DNA from: Candidatus Firestoneibacteriota bacterium
GTDB lineage: Bacteria > Oederibacteriota > D2-FULL-39-29 > JBDRBU01
Assembly (NCBI GenBank): GCA_043822305.1
Contig: JBDRBU010000118.1
Span: 1 to 53,728 of the forward strand
Length of the DNA stretch: 53,728 nt
Reading direction: 5' to 3'
Shown: positions 8,912 through 16,984 of the stretch, piece by piece
Layout of the letters: every line of letters starts with the position of its first letter
How positions within the stretch are numbered: position 1 is the first letter of the stretch
The notes under the pieces: generated by a model
Seen by the model: only the letters and a program-made list of their open reading frames with translations
Told to the model about the DNA's origin: nothing
Databases searched by the model: none
Made by a program: the position numbers and the translations under genes

Positions 8912-10027
8912 ATGGATGTAACTGTTAAACCGGTAAGGAGTGATAAAGAACTTAAAGATTTTATTGATTTACCCTGGAAAGTGTATAAAGATTTTCCTCA
9001 TTGGATTCCACCCTTAAAGAAAGAAGTAAAAGAGATGCTTGATGCTAAAATTTATCCTTTTTGGCAGCATGCTGAGAGAGAATTATTTGTAGCCTATCAA
9101 GGAGATGAACCAGTGGGAAGGATTTCGGCCATAATAGATGAGAACCATAATAAATTTCAAGAAGAAAAGGCAGGGTTTTTTGGTTTTTTTGAATGTTGGC
9201 CAGATTATAATGTTGCTGAAAAGTTATTTGCCGTGGCGAAAGAATGGTGTCAGAAGAAAGGAGCATCTTTTTTAAGAGGTCCAGCAAGTCCAAGCCTTAA
9301 TGATGAATGTGGATTTTTGTTAGAAGGTTTTGATGAAGACCCGGCCATAATGATGCCTTATACACCGCCATATTATTTAGAGTTTTCTGAAAAATTTGGG
9401 TTTAAGAAGATAAAAGATTTATATGCTTTTTTGAAGACAGCTGAAACGGGCATACCTGAAAGAATAGAAAAAATGATGAAAAGAATTTCAAGAAACAGTA
9501 ATATAAAGGTGAGAAAATTTGATATTAAAAATTTTGATAGAGATGTCCAAATCATTAAAGATGTTTATAATTCAGCCTGGGAAAAGAATTGGGGATTCGT
9601 TCCTATGACTTCTGCGGAATTTGATCTTTCTGCTAAAAAGATGAGGGATTTTTTTGACCCAAGACTTATTTTAATAGCAGAAGTAAATGGTGAAGTTGCC
9701 GGAGTTACTATTACCTTACCTAATATAAATGAAGTATTAAAAAAAATAAATGGCAAACTTGGTCCAATTGAAATAATGAAATTTCTTTATTATAAGAGAA
9801 AAATCAAAGGTTGCAGAACTTTAGTTGGCGGTGTTAAAAAAGAGCATAGAACAACAGGAGTAATTGCTGTTTTATTTTATGAAAATGGAATAAGAGCAAT
9901 AGAAGCCGGATATAAGTGGTGCGAATTAGGTTGGAATTTAGAGGATAATGATTTAATAAACCGTTTTGATGTTGAAGTAGGTGGAGTGTTGTATAAAAAG
10001 TACAGACTTTACCAGATGCCGTTATAG
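8912..10027 (+). CDS. YghO-like double-GNAT N-acyltransferase
   Basis: FIDLPWKVY...WIPPL, VGRISAI, GFFGFFE, LRGPASPSLNDECG, NWGFVPMT, ELGWNLEDN, YKKYRLY. Confidence 0.75.
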   Translation: MDVTVKPVRSDKELKDFIDLPWKVYKDFPHWIPPLKKEVKEMLDAKIYPFWQHAERELFVAYQGDEPVGRISAIIDENHNKFQEEKAGFFGFFECWPDYNVAEKLFAVAKEWCQKKGASFLRGPASPSLNDECGFLLEGFDEDPAIMMPYTPPYYLEFSEKFGFKKIKDLYAFLKTAETGIPERIEKMMKRISRNSNIKVRKFDIKNFDRDVQIIKDVYNSAWEKNWGFVPMTSAEFDLSAKKMRDFFDPRLILIAEVNGEVAGVTITLPNINEVLKKINGKLGPIEIMKFLYYKRKIKGCRTLVGGVKKEHRTTGVIAVLFYENGIRAIEAGYKWCELGWNLEDNDLINRFDVEVGGVLYKKYRLYQMPL

Positions 10028-10053
10028 GCATCATAGACTAAAGTCTAAATTGT

Positions 10054-11025
10054 ATGCTTTTAGATAATTATAATAGAAAAATAGAATATTTACGAGTTTC
10101 AGTTACTGATAGATGTAATTTAAGATGTATATATTGCATGCCCAAAGATGGAATTCGTTTAAAACTCAGCAAAGAAATACTTAGTTTTGAAGAGATTGAA
10201 AAAATAATTAAAATTTTTATTAAATTAGGAGTAAAAAAAGTAAAAATTACTGGTGGTGAACCATTAGTTAGAAAAGGGATTATTGAATTGTTAAAAAAAC
10301 TTTCGGTTTTGGAAAATTTAAAAGATATATCATTAACAACAAACGGAGTATTTTTAGAAGAACATTCGGAGCAAATTAAAAATTCTGGTATAAATAAAAT
10401 AAATGTTAGTCTTGATACGCTTAATGAAGATAAATTTAATTTAATAACAGGTGGTAATTGTTTGCCTAAGATTTTAAGTGGTTTAAGAAAAGCGAAAGAG
10501 ACAGGAATTTCTTTAATAAAGATAAATGTAGTAATTTTAAAAGGAATAAATGATGATGAGATTTTGGATTTTGTAAAATTTAGTGAAGAAAATAATTATA
10601 TAATAAGATTTATTGAGTATATGCCTTTAAATAAAGCATTTGCGAATTTTAGATTTATTTCTAACAACGAAATTAAAGAAATAATTTCCAAGTATTTTGG
10701 AGAACTTAAACCCGCTGAAGTTGTATTAGGAAATGGGCCTGCTAAATATTATGTAACTAACGATAATACTATTATTGGTTTTATAAGCCCACTTTCAGAA
10801 TGTTTTTGTGACTCTTGTCATAGAATAAGACTTACTTGTGACGGGAAAGTAAAAGCATGTTTATTTTCGGATTGTATGTTGGATATTAAAGAGATGATAA
10901 GAAAAGATATGGATGAAAGTAATATTGTAAAAGCGATTAAGGAGTTGGTTATGGAGAAACCTCTAAGGTATAAATCTGAGTATTTAAATTCCGAGAAGAC
11001 TTTTATGAGTCAAATTGGAGGGTGA
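10054..11025 (+). CDS. moaA: GTP 3',8-cyclase (radical SAM)
   Basis: LRVSVTDRCNLRCIYCMP, TGGEPL, C-terminal CDSCHRIRLTCDGKVKAC and terminal IGG. Confidence 0.95.
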   Translation: MLLDNYNRKIEYLRVSVTDRCNLRCIYCMPKDGIRLKLSKEILSFEEIEKIIKIFIKLGVKKVKITGGEPLVRKGIIELLKKLSVLENLKDISLTTNGVFLEEHSEQIKNSGINKINVSLDTLNEDKFNLITGGNCLPKILSGLRKAKETGISLIKINVVILKGINDDEILDFVKFSEENNYIIRFIEYMPLNKAFANFRFISNNEIKEIISKYFGELKPAEVVLGNGPAKYYVTNDNTIIGFISPLSECFCDSCHRIRLTCDGKVKACLFSDCMLDIKEMIRKDMDESNIVKAIKELVMEKPLRYKSEYLNSEKTFMSQIGG

Positions 11026-11460
11026 GTGGAAGGAAAAGTTATTGCTGTTTGTCTAAGCGAGAAAAAAGGCACTTCCAAAAAGAATGTAGGAAAAGGCGAG
11101 ATAAAAGAAAATTTTGGAATAATAGGTGATGCTCATGCCGGTGATAAAGAAAGGCAGGTTAGTTTACTTGCAAAAGAAAGTATAGATAAAGTTGTAAAAA
11201 GAGGTATTGATATAAAGCCCGGTGACTTTGCTGAAAACATAACGACAGAGGGTATTGATTTATTAAAATTAAACATAAGAGATAAGGTTTTTATAGGTGA
11301 TAAAATAATTCTTGAAGTAACAAAAATAGGTAAAGAATGCGTAAGTCCATGTGCAATTTACCATACTCTGGGAGAGTGTATAATGCCCAGAGAAGGTATA
11401 TTTACAAAAGTAATATCAGGAGGAATAGTTAAAATAGAGGATAGGGTTGTTATTAAATAG
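11026..11460 (+). CDS. MOSC domain protein
   Basis: GDAHAG...RQVSLL, PGDFAENITTEG, GKECxxxC, CIMPREGIF. Confidence 0.9.
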   Translation: MEGKVIAVCLSEKKGTSKKNVGKGEIKENFGIIGDAHAGDKERQVSLLAKESIDKVVKRGIDIKPGDFAENITTEGIDLLKLNIRDKVFIGDKIILEVTKIGKECVSPCAIYHTLGECIMPREGIFTKVISGGIVKIEDRVVIK

Positions 11461-11486
11461 GATGTGTCCCCATTTAGGAGGTATTT

Positions 11487-12794
11487 ATGTTAGATCCAAA
11501 AATATTTGTAGGATATGAAGGTATTGATAAAGAAAATTATATAATTGGTCTTTATCTTTTTGAGGGAGAATCAGAAGATATACTAAAAAAGGTTGAAGCC
11601 ATTGCGCTTGAACAATCTACTGGAACCTGGATGGATGTTCCTAAGGAAACAGAAGAAATTAGAGAGAAATGTGTGGCCAGAGTTCTTGGTGTTTATGAAA
11701 TACCGCAATATGAAGATGCTCTTCCAAAAGATGTAAAAGAAAGGAAGATACTATTTTTAATAGGATTTCCTAAGGATAATATAAATGGACAGATACCTCA
11801 GATGCTTACTGCATTATATGGCAACATATCCATGGCCGGAAAATTAAAATTATTAGATGTGTTTTTGCCAGAATCTTTTGCGAAGAAATTTAAAGGTCCA
11901 AAATTTGGTATTGAAGGAATAAGAAAGATACTAAATGTTTATGATCGGCCGATATTAATCGCGATGTTTAAACCATGTGTTGGCCTGGACCCGAAAACAC
12001 TTGGTAATCTTTTATACGAATTGGGTGTTGGTGGAGTTGATATTATCAAAGACGATGAATTATTGGCTGACCCTGAGTTTTGCAAGGTAGAAGAAAGATT
12101 AGAGGAATGTTTAAAAGCATGTGAAAAAGTTTATAAAAAGACAGGTAGGAAAGTTTTATATTCAATAAATATTACTGATAATTTTGATAAGATGTTTAAA
12201 AAGGCGAAAAATGCTGTAAAAAATGGAGCAAACTGTTTAATGGTAAATGTTTATACGGTTAGTTTTTCAGCATTAAGTGTCTTAGCCGAAGATTCTGAAA
12301 TAAATGTTCCTATCTTAGCCCATCCGGACTTCGCTGGTGCATTTTTTGGTTCTCCACAATATGGACTGAGTTCAAATCTCGTTTTAGGAAAATTAGTCCG
12401 ACTTTCTGGAGCTGATATGGTTATTTATCCAAGTTATTTTGGTAAAGTTCCTATGGTAAAAGAAAGAGTAATTAGAATTGCACAGGAATTAACTTCTCCA
12501 TTTTACCATTTAAAGAGAGTATTCCCCGGTCCTTCTGCTGGAATGCATCCTGGTTTGGTGCCTCAAACCATAAAAGATTTTGGTCATGATGTTATTCTAG
12601 GAGCAGGTGGTGGAATTCATGCTCATCCCCTGGGTGCTATTTCTGGAGCAAAGGCATTTCATCAGGCTATGGATGCTGTGAAGAAAAATATTCCTTTAAA
12701 AGAATATGCTAAAAAACATAAAGAGTTAAAGATAGCGATAGAGAAATGGGGAATGTATGAAGATAAATCGAATATTTATACTTTAACTAAATGA
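11487..12794 (+). CDS. RuBisCO-like protein (form IV RLP)
   Basis: EQSTGTW, GPKFGIEGIR, FKPCVGL, GVDIIKDDE (carbamylation motif), AHPDFAG, PSAGMHPG, GAGGGIHAHP; lacks carboxylase K177 and R295 equivalents. Confidence 0.93.
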   Translation: MLDPKIFVGYEGIDKENYIIGLYLFEGESEDILKKVEAIALEQSTGTWMDVPKETEEIREKCVARVLGVYEIPQYEDALPKDVKERKILFLIGFPKDNINGQIPQMLTALYGNISMAGKLKLLDVFLPESFAKKFKGPKFGIEGIRKILNVYDRPILIAMFKPCVGLDPKTLGNLLYELGVGGVDIIKDDELLADPEFCKVEERLEECLKACEKVYKKTGRKVLYSINITDNFDKMFKKAKNAVKNGANCLMVNVYTVSFSALSVLAEDSEINVPILAHPDFAGAFFGSPQYGLSSNLVLGKLVRLSGADMVIYPSYFGKVPMVKERVIRIAQELTSPFYHLKRVFPGPSAGMHPGLVPQTIKDFGHDVILGAGGGIHAHPLGAISGAKAFHQAMDAVKKNIPLKEYAKKHKELKIAIEKWGMYEDKSNIYTLTK

Positions 12795-12797
12795 GGG

Positions 12798-12833
12798 ACA
12801 ACCCCCTAACCCCCTTTATTAAGGGGGAATTAA
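12798..12833 (+). repeat. 36-bp CCCCCT...AAGGGGG hairpin repeat, copy 1
   Basis: acaaccccctaaccccctttattaagggggaattaa; 35/36 identical to 15948-15983. Confidence 0.85.
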
Positions 12834-12847
12834 AAATAGAGGAAAAT

Positions 12848-14242
12848 ATGATAAAATTTAAAGAACCATTAGATAAGTTAATAAACCAACCGAAAAAGTT
12901 CACGAAACATTTAAAGTTTCCAAAGCCAGGTAAAATTAAAATTTATGATGATACTTTAAGAGATGGGGAGCAGATGCCAGGCGTAGCCTTTAGTCCAGAA
13001 CAAAAACTTAAATTAGCAAAACTTTTAAGTGATATGGGTGTGCATGTCATGGATGTTGCCTTTCCTGTTAATGGTGAGTCGGATTGTAAAGGATTACAAC
13101 TCATAGTTCAGGCACAAAAAAAAGGCGAAATAAAAAAAGAGATAGAAATTCTTGCTATGTGCCGGAGTAATTCATCCGATGTTGATATAGTGATTAAGAC
13201 ACTGGCTGAAATAGGTGCAGAACCAGATGATGTCAGTATTTTAATATTATCTACAATATCTGATTTACATATAAAATATAAATTAGGCAGGACATTATTA
13301 AAAAGGGAAGGAAAATCGGCTGATAAATGGATTTCTACTCCGCTGGAGTTTTTTAGACAGGCAAATACGAATATGGTCTGTGATACAATTAGATATGCCA
13401 AATCAAAGGGGATAAGCAGGATAGAGTTTGCTTCAGAAGATGCTTCCAGAGGAAATATAGAGTATGGTGTGAAATGGGCAAAGGCATGCATAAAAGCAGG
13501 TGGCACCAGGATGTGTTTTTCAGATACCTGCGGTGTCTTTACTCCGGAGTCAGTTGATTACTACATTCCCAGAATGATAAAAGCATTAGATGGAATTCCG
13601 ATGACTGCTCATTTTCATAATGATTTTGGTCTGGGCGCATTAAATACTGTTAGAGCCGTAAAACATGGTGCTACTTACATGGGAGTTACAGCAAATGCTA
13701 TAGGTGAAAGAGCGGGTAATACATCTATACATCAGGTAGTAATGATTTTAAAGGAATTATATGGTGTAGAAATTCCAGGATTTAAGTATCATCTGCTTCA
13801 TCATCTAAGAAGAGAAGTTGAAAAATATTCTGGTATTCCCATACAGCCACATGAACCTATAATTGGTGAAGGAGTTTTTGCTCATGAATCAGGAATTCAT
13901 ACGGCCGGTATTTTAATCCATCCAGCCATCTATCAGTTTATAAGAGAAGAAACTGTAGGCGGTAAACAAAAGTTTGTATTTGGAAAGCATAGTGGTGCTG
14001 GTGCCGTCGAAAGTGTATTAAAGAAAAACGAGGATATACTTAAGAAAAAAGGAATAGAAATTACTCCAGAGTTGATTTCTAAATTACTTAACAAAGTAAA
14101 ACAAATAAGAGAAAAACAAATTAGAAATTATGAAGATTATATTGAGAATTATTATAAAAACTATAATAGTTTGGGTATTTCCGAGGAACAACTTATGGAG
14201 ATAGCGATGTCTATAAGTAAAGAAAGAAAAGAAAGAAACTAA
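12848..14242 (+). CDS. LeuA/homocitrate/citramalate synthase-family (DRE-TIM) enzyme without the C-terminal regulatory domain
   Basis: DDTLRDGEQMPG, EDASR, DTCG, HFHNDFG, GERAGN, FAHESGIH, FGKHSG; start moved to ATG 12848 (RBS agagga) because the 12791 start translates a repeat. Confidence 0.85.
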   Translation: MIKFKEPLDKLINQPKKFTKHLKFPKPGKIKIYDDTLRDGEQMPGVAFSPEQKLKLAKLLSDMGVHVMDVAFPVNGESDCKGLQLIVQAQKKGEIKKEIEILAMCRSNSSDVDIVIKTLAEIGAEPDDVSILILSTISDLHIKYKLGRTLLKREGKSADKWISTPLEFFRQANTNMVCDTIRYAKSKGISRIEFASEDASRGNIEYGVKWAKACIKAGGTRMCFSDTCGVFTPESVDYYIPRMIKALDGIPMTAHFHNDFGLGALNTVRAVKHGATYMGVTANAIGERAGNTSIHQVVMILKELYGVEIPGFKYHLLHHLRREVEKYSGIPIQPHEPIIGEGVFAHESGIHTAGILIHPAIYQFIREETVGGKQKFVFGKHSGAGAVESVLKKNEDILKKKGIEITPELISKLLNKVKQIREKQIRNYEDYIENYYKNYNSLGISEEQLMEIAMSISKERKERN

Positions 14243-14244
14243 AG

Positions 14245-15063
14245 ATGGAAAATATAATATTAGGTAGAACTTTATATGAGGATGATTTTAAAACAGACGA
14301 ACCAGAAGATGCGGGGTGTACCCACGCACCACTAGAGGATGCGGGGTGTACTTTTTTAAAGGAAATTTATTTATCTGGTGAATTTAACCATTTGGAATTA
14401 TTTTCAGAAGCATATAATAAGATTAAATTAGATGACTACTACAAAATAAAAAATTTTCTAATAGAAAAGAAAGTAAGTTTATCTTATCATCCGTGGCTTG
14501 ATATTTCTACATTTACTTTCTCGGATAAAGTTATAAACTTAAAGCAAATAATAAGAGATTGCGAAAAAATTGGCATGAAATACTGTGTCTTGCATCTGGG
14601 TTCTTTTGAAGGTGACAAATATGAATGTTTGCAGAATTTAGTAGAAGTTTTTGGTGAAATTTTAGATAATTTCTCTACGGTAAAAGTGTGTCTTGAAAAT
14701 GTCCCACTTATCTGTGAATGGGATGATAAGACGATGCTTGGATCGGCTATTGAAGATTTTGATTATATATTTAGTAAGATAAACAGTGAAAATTTAGGAA
14801 TGAATATAGATGTTGGACACTGTAATCTAACTTCAAATAATTTTTCTGATTTGGTTGGTAATTTTTCTGAAAAGATTTTTTCGGCCCATTTATCCGATAA
14901 TAATGGAATAAAAGATGAACATATTGCTTTAGGTAAGGGCAATATAAAGTGGGAAGAAATATTTAAGGTGTTTAAAGATATGAACTTTAAAGGTCCGTTT
15001 GTTTTGGAACTCAAAGAAGAGTATATTAAAGAAAGTTATAATTTTTTGAAACAATTTATATAA
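14245..15063 (+). CDS. Sugar phosphate isomerase/epimerase (AP endonuclease 2 / xylose isomerase-like TIM barrel)
   Basis: VLHLG, CLENV, NIDVGH, HLSDNNG..DEHIALGKG, FVLE metal-binding pattern. Confidence 0.85.
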   Translation: MENIILGRTLYEDDFKTDEPEDAGCTHAPLEDAGCTFLKEIYLSGEFNHLELFSEAYNKIKLDDYYKIKNFLIEKKVSLSYHPWLDISTFTFSDKVINLKQIIRDCEKIGMKYCVLHLGSFEGDKYECLQNLVEVFGEILDNFSTVKVCLENVPLICEWDDKTMLGSAIEDFDYIFSKINSENLGMNIDVGHCNLTSNNFSDLVGNFSEKIFSAHLSDNNGIKDEHIALGKGNIKWEEIFKVFKDMNFKGPFVLELKEEYIKESYNFLKQFI

Positions 15064-15077
15064 GGAGGAGGAGAGAT

Positions 15078-15947
15078 ATGTATAAATTAGCAGCGTTCAC
15101 GGATGAGATTTCTCAGGATTTAGATGTGGTCATAAGTGTAGCCAAGAAGTATGAATTAGAGGGATTAGAGATAAGAAGCGTGAATAATAAGGGACCTCAT
15201 AATTTTACTAAAGACGAAATTAAGGTTATAAAAAGCAAGATAGGAGATTCGGGTTTAAAAGTTTGCTCCATTGCAAGTCCTTTCTTTAAATGCGACATAA
15301 ATAGCGAAAAAGGATACAATGAGCATTTGGATATATTAAAAAATTGTATTAACTTAGCTCATATACTTGGCACTAATATAGTAAGAGGATTTACTTTCTG
15401 GAGAACAGGGGATACGGATAGATATTTTGACAGGATAGTAGATAAGTTTACTAAGCCTATAGAGATAGTTAAAAAAGAAGGGATTATTCTTGGTATAGAG
15501 AATGAATCTGCAACATTTGTGGGAACAGGAAAATATTTAGCCCGATTTTTGAAAGCAGTAAATTCGGATGTAATAAAAGCAATATGGGACCCTGCAAATG
15601 AGGTTCATGATTTAACATATGGAGAGTCACCATTTCCGACAGGATATAACTGGGTGAAAGATAAGATAGTGCATGTTCATCTAAAAGATGCAATTAAAGT
15701 TGGAGAGTCGGGTAAGCCAGAGTCAGTTCCAGTGGGTGAAGGAGATGTTAACTACTGGGGACAGTTGAGGGCATTAAAAGAAGATGGATATGATGGATAC
15801 ATCTCATTAGAAACACATTGGAGGAAGAAAACTAAACTTACAGAAGATCAAGTAAATAGACCCGGCGGAAGTGATTATTCTGCCTTTGCAAAAGAATCAA
15901 GTGAATATTGTTTGGAAAATATACACAAGATAATTAATAGTATATAA
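15078..15947 (+). CDS. Sugar phosphate isomerase/epimerase (xylose isomerase-like TIM barrel)
   Basis: AFTDEIS, GIENE, WDPAN, HVHLKD, VGEGDV, GYDGYISLETH. Confidence 0.88.
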   Translation: MYKLAAFTDEISQDLDVVISVAKKYELEGLEIRSVNNKGPHNFTKDEIKVIKSKIGDSGLKVCSIASPFFKCDINSEKGYNEHLDILKNCINLAHILGTNIVRGFTFWRTGDTDRYFDRIVDKFTKPIEIVKKEGIILGIENESATFVGTGKYLARFLKAVNSDVIKAIWDPANEVHDLTYGESPFPTGYNWVKDKIVHVHLKDAIKVGESGKPESVPVGEGDVNYWGQLRALKEDGYDGYISLETHWRKKTKLTEDQVNRPGGSDYSAFAKESSEYCLENIHKIINSI

Positions 15948-15983
15948 ACAACCCCCTAACCCCCTTTGTTAAGGGGGAATTAA
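15948..15983 (+). repeat. 36-bp CCCCCT...AAGGGGG hairpin repeat, copy 2
   Basis: acaaccccctaaccccctttgttaagggggaattaa directly after the stop codon. Confidence 0.85.
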
Positions 15984-16005
15984 GGGAAATTAAAGTGGAG
16001 GGGTT

Positions 16006-16974
16006 ATGAATAAAAAATTGTTTATAGTGGAAAGGTTTTTATTTGGTTTGTTGATTATGTTTTTATTTATTGGAAATTGTTATTCAACTCCGATAGTTGC
16101 TGAACCAGTGATGCCTATAACAGAAGGCAAAAGTGATCTAAAAATTAAATTCAGTTATTTTGAGGCTAATGGATTTTATAATGACAGTACAAATTTTTCC
16201 GAGTTTCAAGTTGGCGAATCAAGAAATGGATATGAGGTTATGGTTGGTTTAAAATATGGCTCTGGTAAAGACAGCGAGATGGAGTTGAAAGTTCCATATA
16301 TTTATAAAAATCATATAAAACCTGGCGATAACAAACTTTCTTGTTCGGGATTTGGAGATGTATATCTTATTGGTAAAAATAAAGTTATTGATAATAAAAT
16401 TTCACAAAGTTTTATGGCTATTAGTCTGGGGGCAAAATTCCCTACGGGAAAAAGTATTTACAATGTTAATAAAAATGTTTTACCAACCGGGTCCGGTACC
16501 TGGGATATAATAGGTGGAATTTATCTTCAGGAAAAAAGAGAAAATTTTATAATTTACGGGGATATTTCATATATATATAGATTTGGTTTAGTGTCTTCTG
16601 GTTTTGCTGGTTATGGGATATCAGAGATAAATTCTGCTGAAACTGAAGTAAAAATCACTCCAGGTGGTTCTCTTAATCTTAATCTTGCAGCAGAATATCC
16701 ACTATTTAAGTTGATTTCGGTTATTACGGAACTTAACTGGGTGTTTAATTATGAAAGCAGGGTGGAATATGTAAAGTCTGGAGTAGATGCATTATCTGAT
16801 CTTACTTTAAAGTCTCCTGAATTACAAAAGTCAAATACTTTTAAATCGACTTCGGGCGTGAAGATATATCTTGGGAATAATATTTCTTTTGGTGTTGGTG
16901 TTGGAGTTCCAATGTCGATGGTTAATAGTTATGGTGGATTAACTTATTTTGTAAACGCGGAAGCAATTTTTTGA
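16006..16974 (+). CDS. Putative outer-membrane beta-barrel (MetA-pathway/COG4313-like channel)
   Basis: Signal peptide; [22 protein letters not shown] motifs; alternating beta-strand pattern; C-terminal YFVNAEAIF beta-signal. Confidence 0.65.
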   Translation: MNKKLFIVERFLFGLLIMFLFIGNCYSTPIVAEPVMPITEGKSDLKIKFSYFEANGFYNDSTNFSEFQVGESRNGYEVMVGLKYGSGKDSEMELKVPYIYKNHIKPGDNKLSCSGFGDVYLIGKNKVIDNKISQSFMAISLGAKFPTGKSIYNVNKNVLPTGSGTWDIIGGIYLQEKRENFIIYGDISYIYRFGLVSSGFAGYGISEINSAETEVKITPGGSLNLNLAAEYPLFKLISVITELNWVFNYESRVEYVKSGVDALSDLTLKSPELQKSNTFKSTSGVKIYLGNNISFGVGVGVPMSMVNSYGGLTYFVNAEAIF

Positions 16975-16984
16975 GAGGTGGATT

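Noticed and set aside
10054..11460. Functional link of moaA-MOSC to the RLP cluster (sulfur transfer)
   Set aside because: moaA-MOSC is an ordinary Moco pair, and this genome strings unrelated genes together co-directionally, so adjacency alone is weak evidence.
11487..12794. True CO2-fixing RuBisCO / Calvin cycle
   Set aside because: K177 and R295 equivalents are replaced, loop 6 is RLP-like, and no prk or rbcS is present.
12791..12847. N-terminal extension MRDNPLTPFIKGELK of the synthase
   Set aside because: It is the translation of the 36-bp repeat; ATG 12848 has its own RBS. Translation from the ATGA overlap cannot be fully excluded.
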